Assembly (NCBI GenBank): GCA_951406725.2
Contig: OX597827.1
Location: 65,286,001 to 65,350,000 of the forward strand
DNA from: Octopus vulgaris
Lineage: Eukaryota
Length of the DNA stretch: 64,000 nt
Reading direction: 5' to 3'
In this document: piece by piece, positions 55,577-64,000 of the stretch
Layout: each line of letters begins with the position of its first letter
Position numbering within the stretch: position 1 is the first letter of the stretch
Program-made: the position numbers and the translations under genes
The notes under the pieces: model-generated
The model's input: the letters and a program-made list of their open reading frames with translations, nothing else
What the model was told of the DNA's origin: nothing
Databases searched by the model: none

Positions 55577-56147
55577 AATACCTATTTCTTTACTTCCCAC
55601 AAGGGGCTACATACAGAGGGGACAAACAAGGACAGACAAACGGATTAAGTCGATTACATCGACCCCAGTGCGTAACTGGTACTTATTTAATCGACACCGA
55701 AAGGATGAAAGGCAAAGTCGACCTCGGCGGAATTTTGACTCAGAACGTAGCGGCAGACGAAATACCTATTTCTTTACTACCCACAAGGGGCTACACATAG
55801 AGTGGGCAAACAAGGACAGACAAACGGATTAAGTCGATTACATCGACCCCAGTGCGTAACTGGTAATTATTTAATCGACGCCGAAAGGATCAAAGGCAAA
55901 GCCGACCTCGGCGGAACGGCAGACAAAATACCTATTTCTTTACTACCCACAAGGGGCTACGCATAGAGTGGGCAAACGGGTTAAGTCGATTACATTGACC
56001 CCAGTGCGTAACTAGTACTTAATTTATCGACGTCGAATGGATGAAAGGCAAAGTCGACCTCGGCGGAATTTGAACTCAGAACGTAACGGCAGAGGAAATG
56101 CGGCTACGCATTTCGTCCGGCGTGCTAACGTTTCTTCCAGCTCGCCG
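55577..56147 (-). mobile_element. SINE family B trimer
   Basis: One full head plus two further units joined at aaatac|ctatttctttac (about 55765 and 55931). Confidence 0.92.
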
Positions 56148-56907
56148 ACTACCATCTTTGTTATATTGTAATCCTCACACATGCACAGAAGAACATAAAC
56201 ACACACAGACGATATATACTCACAGATACTTAATGGATTCGTAGTAAAAAATATATATATATTTAAAGTAATGTTAAATTAATTAATGAGTAAAATTTAT
56301 TATTAAAAAAAAATTATGCACTCTGTTTTCGCTTCTTGCTTGCTTTGAATTCTTTTTAAGCACTAAGCTAGAAACGAAATCTGCGATATACATCAGCGAT
56401 AAATTTTCTACACCGTATATGTGAAGCGAAGCGAAATATATTTTTTTAACGAAAATTATCTGACAGTGACAAAATTTTACTTGATTTCAAGTACGGGCAA
56501 TGTATGGAAATTTAATTGCTTTTGAAGTTGAAAGGAGATTAAATGATTAACTGAGAGGTGCGTAAATATTGTAGTGATATCTTATAAACTGTTCGTTAAT
56601 CTGTGTTAGATGTTGGGGATATGGCTAATATAATAATTGAGGAACAACGACAAAGTAAATAGAGAAGGAATACGTTTATGGCTGTGATGAAGAAGCTATG
56701 TGGTATTCGTACGTTTATGTATGTATGTGTGTGCGTGTGTGTGCATGTATACATGTTTATGTGTACTTGTCATCGCGTATGTTGCCAAATAAATAACAAT
56801 TAAATATACACACATATGTACATACACACACACGCACACACACACTCACAAACACACAGGCATATATGTATATATACGTGTGTGTGTGTGTGTGTGTGTG
56901 TCTGTGC

Positions 56908-56939
<32 letters not shown>

Positions 56940-56944
56940 ATGTG

Positions 56945-57216
56945 TGGAGGCGCAATGGCCCAGTGGATCGGGCAGAGGACTCGCTGTCTTGGGATCGCGG
57001 TTTCGATTACCAGACTGGGCATTGTGAGTGTTTATTGAGCGAAAACAGCTAAAGCTGCACGAGGCTCCGGCAGGGAGTGCTGGTGAATCCTGCTATACTC
57101 TTTCACTACAACTTTCTCTCACACTTTTTTGCTGTTTCTGTTGCACCTGTATTTCAAAGGGCCAGCCTTGTCACACTCTGTGTCACGCTGAATCTCCCCG
57201 AGAACTACGTAAGGGT
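56945..57216 (+). mobile_element. SINE family C (type 1), 3' truncated
   Basis: Colinear with 8762-9035. Confidence 0.88.
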
Positions 57217-57298
57217 ATATATATTAAGTTAGACGTGGCCGGGGCCAATAATGGCCGAAACCTATCAAAGTATCAAAGTATCAAAGTACATATATATG

Positions 57299-57362
<64 letters not shown>

Positions 57363-57368
<6 letters not shown>

Positions 57369-57520
57369 ACGGAAGCCTTTCAGTTCCAGTCTACCAAATC
57401 CGCGCACAATGTCTTGATCGACCTGATGCTATAGTAGAAGGCAGTTGCACCAAGTGTCACGCAGTGAAACTGAACTCGGAACCATGTGGTTGGGGAGCAA
57501 GCTTCTTATCACACAGCCAC
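57363..57520 (-). mobile_element. SINE family A, 5' half
   Basis: tctaccaaatcc...ctgaactcggaaccatgtggttgg. Confidence 0.8.
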
Positions 57521-57941
57521 AGATCGTATATACTAAATTAGTTTAATTACAATATACGTAGAAATCAGCATCTTTTCGCAATTATATACTATTTATAAAA
57601 GACATATTAGTGATTCAACTATGTATTCTTTTAATCATCTTTTCTTCGAAGGCCAAAAATATCTAGGGCCTTGTTGAATAAATACATATTATATTATGTA
57701 AAGGAGAATAGTGTAGTCGGTATGCAAGTATTTACGGTATTAAGACAAATGCACCTTGACATATTTTTAGGTATTCCATGTAAATTCATACATTATACAT
57801 CCTCGGTAACATACATGTGTTCATTTTTATAATATACACATCAAATATAAAGTGTATAAAGAAACGTGCCTAAGGAAAAATGTACGCGTGTATTACACCC
57901 ACCGTTTACTTTTATTGTATATAAATTTATATTGAATAAAC

Positions 57942-58338
57942 AGGCGTAGGAGTGGCTGTGTGGTAATTAGCTTGTTTACCAACCACAAGGTTCCGGGTTC
58001 AGTCCCACTGCGTGGCACATTGGGCAAGTGTCTTCTACTATTGCCTCGGATCGACCAAAGCTTTGTGAGTAGATTTGGTAGCCGGAAACTGAAAGAAGCC
58101 CCTTATATATATATGTGTGTATATGTTTGTGTGTTTGTGTTAGTCCCCCCCAACATCATTTGACAACCGATGCTGGTATGTTTACGTCGCCGTCACTTAG
58201 CAGTGCGGCAAAAGAGAGAGATAGAATAAGTACTATGCTTACAAAGAATATGTCCGGGGTTCGATTTGCTCGACTAAAGGCGGTGCTCCAGCATGGTCAC
58301 AGTTAAATGACTGAAACAAGTAAAAGAGTAAAAGAGTA
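57942..58338 (+). mobile_element. SINE family A, full-length reference copy
   Basis: A box tggctgtgtgg, B box ggttcagtccc, CORE-like ttgggcaagtgtctt, internal microsatellite, (gtaaaaga)n tail. Confidence 0.93.
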
Positions 58339-58356
58339 AACAAGCATAAAATATTG

Positions 58357-59297
58357 ATTTCAAATTTTGGAATAAATCTAGTAATTTTGCGGCAGTAAGA
58401 AAGTCCGTAACATCGACCCCAGCGCTCCGCTGGTGCATTTAAAAAAAAATGAAACTCGAAGTAATTGAAGGTGGTGCCGACAGCGGCGGAATTTGAATTT
58501 AGAACGTAAGAACGGACTAAATGCCACTGAGCATTCTGCCTACCGTGCTTACGATACGGCTAGCTCGCCGACTTAAAAGGTACTCAAATGGTACTTAATT
58601 TATCAATTCCGAAATGATGAAAGATAATGTCGACCTGGCGGAATTTGAAAAAATAGACATAAAATATCAGTTTCGAATTTTGTCACAAGGCCAGCAGTCT
58701 TGGGGGAGGGTTTAAGTCCATTACATCGGCCCCGACGCTCAGCTTGTGCTTTTTCCTTTATCGAATCCGATAGGATGAACGTCAAAGTCGACCTCGGTGG
58801 AATTCGGACTCAGAGCGTAAGGACGGACAAATTGCAACCAAGCACTTTACCCAGCGTGCTAGCGATTCTACCAGCTCACCGTATTGACTAAGCATAAATT
58901 ATTTTTTTCTACTCTAGGCACAAGGATCGAAATATTTGGGGAGGGGGACAGTCGAGTAGACCGACCCTAGTACGCAACTGGCACTTAATTTATCGACCCC
59001 GAAAGGATGAAAAGCAAAGTAGACCTCGGCGGAATTTGAACTCAGAACGTAGAGGCAGACGAAATACCTATTTCTTTACTACCCACAAGGGGCTAAACAC
59101 AGATGGGACAAACAGGGACAGACAAACGGATTAAGTCGATTATATCGACCTCAGTGCGTAACTGGTACTTATTCAATTGATCCCCGAGAGGATGAAAAGC
59201 AAAGTCGACCTCGGCGGAATTTGAACTCAGAACGTGACGACAGACGAAATACTGCTAAGCATTTCGCCCGGCGTGCTAACATTTCTTCCAGCTCACC
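58357..59297 (-). mobile_element. cluster of 4-5 head-to-tail SINE family B units
   Basis: Repeated ggcggaatttgaactcagaacgt units; cluster bounded by gcataaaatattg at 58344-58356 and 59308-59320. Confidence 0.88.
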
Positions 59298-60156
59298 ATC
59301 AAATGAGGCATAAAATATTGCATTTCCTTATATGAGTATATTCTTTTGGGATATAACTATATCTATCGTTATCTAAATTATGGAACGTATGAATTGAGGA
59401 ACTTATGGGAAAAAATTTACAAGTGTCAACCCATTATATATTTTACCTATTTCTCAATCTTTATTTTTAAAGAGGCAACTATAAATATTCGATTTAATCT
59501 TAAGTATATGCAAGACTTTAGTTACAACACAGTGATACATGGAGACAATATAACGTTATTAGCATATACTGGAGTTAACTGCACACTTATAAATCATCCA
59601 TTAATTTATTTTCATTCAAAGCTATTTTGAAGTACGTTATTTGTTTCAGGACAAAAATTTATTATAATACATGTAAATAACTAATATATATATATTTGAG
59701 AAATGCTAATATATGCATATATGTGATATGACTGCATAACTATTTAAACATATTCAAGAGAATTCGGCATCAAACAAGACCATGTAATATTTATATTTTT
59801 CCAATTTCTTTATGTATATTTAACTTATTTTATCTGCCATCTTCAATTCGTTCAATGTTGTTAAGATTAAGGTTAATCTTTGCATATCGACAATTTGAAT
59901 TGCGTAAAAATTTAATCGCTCTGGAGACTGCGTTCCCGTTGACGCCTTCAATGTGTATTTTATATTGTGCACGCCCGAGGACCGATAGAAGATGAATTAT
60001 AACGTATATATAGATGGGAATAGGAAAGCGAGTCCTTGATTACATACACAATCACACTCACAAACACACACTTACACGCACACACACACTCACACACGCA
60101 CTCACACACACATACATACTCACAAACACACACGTACGCACACACATACGTATCGT

Positions 60157-60255
60157 TTATTCTTTTACTTGGTTCAGTCATTTGACTGCGGTCATGCTGG
60201 AGCACCGCCTTTAGTCGAATAAATCAACCCCAGGAGTTTTGCCGGACCGCTAAGT
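60157..60255 (-). mobile_element. SINE family A 3' fragment
   Basis: cagtcatttgactgcggtcatgctggagcaccgcctttagtcga. Confidence 0.8.
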
Positions 60256-60636
60256 TATATATATAAATATATATATATATAGGGAGAGAGACTGAGGGAG
60301 AGAAAGAGGGAAAGAAACATAAAAACGAACGTAGAGACGTTTATATATATAAACATATAAACATAGTTCAGTGTGCAAATGCATGTGTGCATAACGTGTG
60401 TATGTGTGTGTGTGTTTATATATATTTTACTTAAAGAAATTTCAACTCTGATTTTCATGTTATATTTACAAACTTATAATAATATAAGATAATATAATGT
60501 AATGAAATAATTGACTATAAAACATGAAGCCGCATGGCTCAATGACCGGATTTTCCCGGACTTGTGCCTAGGAGGGTGACCTTCTCGGTGTAATCCTATG
60601 ATCCGAAGGGGATCTCAGAAATGTATATTCTGTTAG

Positions 60637-60762
60637 AACTAGTACTTTCATGCTTTTAACTATGCAATCTTCAGGTTCACAGTTGTAAACTGTAGGACAT
60701 AACTGTCACCACTACTACATGAACCTGAAGATTGCATTGTTTAATGCATGAAAGTACTAGTT
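60637..60762. repeat. short inverted repeat (43-bp arms), MITE-like
   Basis: aactagtactttcatgc..atgcaatcttcaggttca vs tgaacctgaagattgcat..gcatgaaagtactagtt. Confidence 0.8.
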
Positions 60763-60888
60763 GAATAAGAAGGGAGATTTAATATTCTCTCATTTCATTA
60801 AATTATCTTGTATTATATTATTACAAGATTGTAAATAAAACGTGAAAATCAACGTTGGAATTTCTTTGAGTAATATATTCTTCTATAA

Positions 60889-61230
60889 AAGGCGGCGAGC
60901 TGGCAGAAAAGGTTAGCACGCTGGACGAAAATAGTACCAGTTACACACTGTGGTCGATGTAATCGACTTAATCCCTTTGTCTGTTCTTCTTTGTCCCCTA
61001 TATGTTTAGCCTCTTGTGGACAGTAAACAAATAAGAAACATTAGAATGCCGGGCGAAATACTTAGCGATATTTCGTCTGACTTTACGTTCTGAGTTCAAA
61101 TTCTGCTGAGGTCGACTTTGCCTTTCATCCTTCCGGGGTTGATAAATTAAGTACCAGCTGTATACTGGAGTCGATCTAATCGAGTGGCCCCTCCTCTAAA
61201 CTTTCGAGCCTTGTATATAGAGGAGAAAAC
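60889..61230 (+). mobile_element. SINE family B dimer
   Basis: Same dimer junction (aaataagaaac.ttag) and tail order as 39037-39457. Confidence 0.85.
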
Positions 61231-61250
61231 AATATATTCTTCTATACACA

Positions 61251-61313
<63 letters not shown>

Positions 61314-61689
61314 GGGTGAGTACGATTGTGTATGGATGAATATATTCTTTTCTTCTGTAGGGACCGGGCTCGAAAGATTTGGGGAGGAGGTGCAAAGCAT
61401 ACGGTGATTGGTACGTCTTTCAATTTATCACTTAATTTAAAAGTAAATTATACAACATAATTAGTTAATTATGGTCATTTTAATTAACTAATTATGCTGC
61501 ATAATTACCTGTTAAACTAAAATAAAAATGTGAGTATGGCTCAGTCCCCATATTCTTTGTAATTATTTTGGATTCACCCTCCCCAAAATACTGGTACTCC
61601 AGCAACGGATAATGGTCGGTGTGTTTATTTAAAAAATCCCAAAATATAATAATTTACACTTCCATACAAGCAATGGAATAATTGTTCTC

Positions 61690-61899
61690 TTTTCTCTTTT
61701 ACTTTTTTTCAATCATTTGGCTGCAGCCATACTGGAGCACCGCCTTTAGTCGAACCAATCGACCCCAGGACTTATTCTTTGTAAGTGTAGTACTTATTCT
61801 ATCTGTCTCTTTTGCTGAACTGCTATGTTACGGGACGTAAACACCCCAGCATAGGTTGTCAAGCGATGTTTTGAGGACGAACACAGACACACAAACACA

Positions 61900-61956
<57 letters not shown>

Positions 61957-62183
61957 TCTCTTTTACTCTTTTACTCTTTTACTTGTTTCAGTCATTTGAC
62001 TGCGGCCATGCTGCAGCACCGTCTTTAATCGAGCAACTCGACCCCGGGACTTATTCTTTTGTAAGCCCAGTACTTATTCTATCGGTCTCTTTTGCCGAAT
62101 CGCTACGTAACGGGGACATAAACACACCAGCATCGGTTGTGAAGCAATGCTAGTGGGACAAACACAGACACACAAACACACAA

Positions 62184-62235
<52 letters not shown>

Positions 62236-62565
62236 GACAGGCGTCTTTCGGTTTCCGTCTACCAAATCCACTCACAAGGCATTGGTCGGCCCGGGGCTAT
62301 AGCAGAAGACATTTGCCCAAGATGCCACGCAGTGGGATTGAACCCGGAACCATGTGGTTGGTTAGCAAGCTACTTACCACACAGCCACTCCTGCGCCTAT
62401 ATACATACATATAGACGACGGGCTTCTTTCAGTTTCCGTCTACCAAATCCACACACAAGGCTTTGGTCGGCCCGAGTCTATAGTAGAAGACATTTGCCTA
62501 AGGTGCCACGCAGTAGGACTGAACTCAGAACGATGTTGTTGGTAAACAAGCTACTTACCGGCCAC
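61690..62565 (-). mobile_element. three adjacent SINE family A copies or fragments
   Basis: 61690-61900 (3' half), 61957-62398 (full), 62413-62565 (5' half). Confidence 0.9.
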
Positions 62566-63057
62566 TAATTTCACCATTCCCTCTCAAAGACGAAGAGCTT
62601 AACAGTTTAGACAATACGGATAAACTAGGAATTGTGTAATGCGTATAAACGAAGGAAGCTAAGTGGAATTGAATTTGAAGGTTATAAACCACCCCGAAGC
62701 ATTATCTGGTAAGAGCAGCCGCACAATAGACTCACTTGATCATTTTTCAACGATGCAACTGGCCAAGGCGTATAAAAAATTCACTTTATTTAATAAAGTT
62801 GCAAAATTTGATTTAACAATAACAAGAAAAAGACAAAGACTCGGAAGGAAAGTACAAAGAAAAGTACACTTTTCATGAAAGAAACACCGCCGGGTAAAAT
62901 AAATCACCAATTTAAACAGACGCAATGAAATTACCACAGTGACCTGGACTCAAAAGTGCATAAAAGTGCATAAAATACTTTTGGTTAATATATAAGAGAT
63001 TAAAACGGTAAACAAATAAACACGCAAACTTTGTATATTCTATGAAACTAAGATGTT

Positions 63058-63405
63058 ACACACACACACACACACACACATACACACACACTTGCACACA
63101 TACACACACATATATATATATATATTCATGTATATATATCCATATCTATGTACATATCCATCTATATATGTATGCATACATGTATATATGAATATATATT
63201 CATGTATATATATATATATATGTATATATATGCATGCCTATATATATATACATATGTATATATATATATACATGTATGTATATATATATATATGTATATA
63301 TATACATATATGTATATCTATATATATATGTATATAGATATACATATATGTATGTATAAACATATATTTGTATATATATATATATATATATATAAATATA
63401 TGTTT

Positions 63406-63459
<54 letters not shown>

Positions 63460-63480
63460 CACGTATATATATGCAAATAA
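63058..63480. repeat. compound (CA)n/(TA)n microsatellite field
   Basis: Direct inspection; similar fields at 13880-14225, 16535-16870, 17460-18100, 22320-22705, 42590-42855, 49507-49985, 52195-52730. Confidence 0.95.
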
Positions 63481-63945
63481 ATGTGTATGTAATACAAACA
63501 CACATACACAAAACGCAAGCATATGTTCTGCACAATATACACGTAGCGTGTAAGTATGTACATAAATATATATGCATGTATGCACGGTATGTATATCCAC
63601 GTTCGTAAGTAGTCGTGTCGAATTCTGTTAGTATGTTTGCAATGGAAAATATTAGTGAAACTCTATTATCATTAAGAAAGTCAAAGTTGAAGTTTCATCA
63701 AAGCGAACATTAACTTCATTTGCACTCAGGTCATGGCTGACTAATATCATAAAATAAAATCAATATAATAATATTAGTTTAAGTATCAAAGTATCAATTC
63801 AATTAGGGTGAGTAGTTTCTTGCATGTCTGCTGAATTTGTTCAGTGAAGTTATGTAATCACGTGTTAGGTTTAATCTTCTTATTTTCTATCAGTCTCTCT
63901 CATATATGTATATGTGTATATATATGTACACATACATTCACTCTA

Positions 63946-64000
<55 letters not shown>

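Noticed and set aside
55577-56147. Repeat array superficially resembling CRISPR
   Set aside because: Units are ~170-190-bp SINE copies with no unique spacers; eukaryotic context with no cas genes

Overview
AT-rich, microsatellite-saturated eukaryotic non-coding DNA (intronic or intergenic). The SINE repertoire and (TA)n/(AAT)n/(ATGT)n load look like an octopus (coleoid cephalopod) genome; this is recognition, not a database check. No host protein-coding exon can be supported, and nearly all ORFs in the track are translations of microsatellites or SINEs. Recognisable content: a full-length but decayed mariner (DD34D) with TIRs and TA TSD, a truncated Tc1 (DD34E), mariner and foldback MITEs, two non-autonomous Helitrons, fragments of RTE, L1/Tx1 and R4/Dong LINEs, and dozens of tRNA-derived SINE copies from about four modular families. 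The most interesting signal is a set of short, non-coding, mutually divergent elements sitting in (TA)n tracts. Several carry minimal type-I hammerhead ribozymes, including compensatory U3-A8 and C4 core variants. They occur as a 1.3-mer direct repeat (366-bp period, retrozyme/circRNA-like) or as long fold-back palindromes (Penelope-like architecture). Also notable are SINE multimers with a recurring junction, a SINE tail shared with a putative Tx1 LINE, a ~150-bp duplication flanking a SINE, and an inverted duplication at the 5' end of a young RTE.
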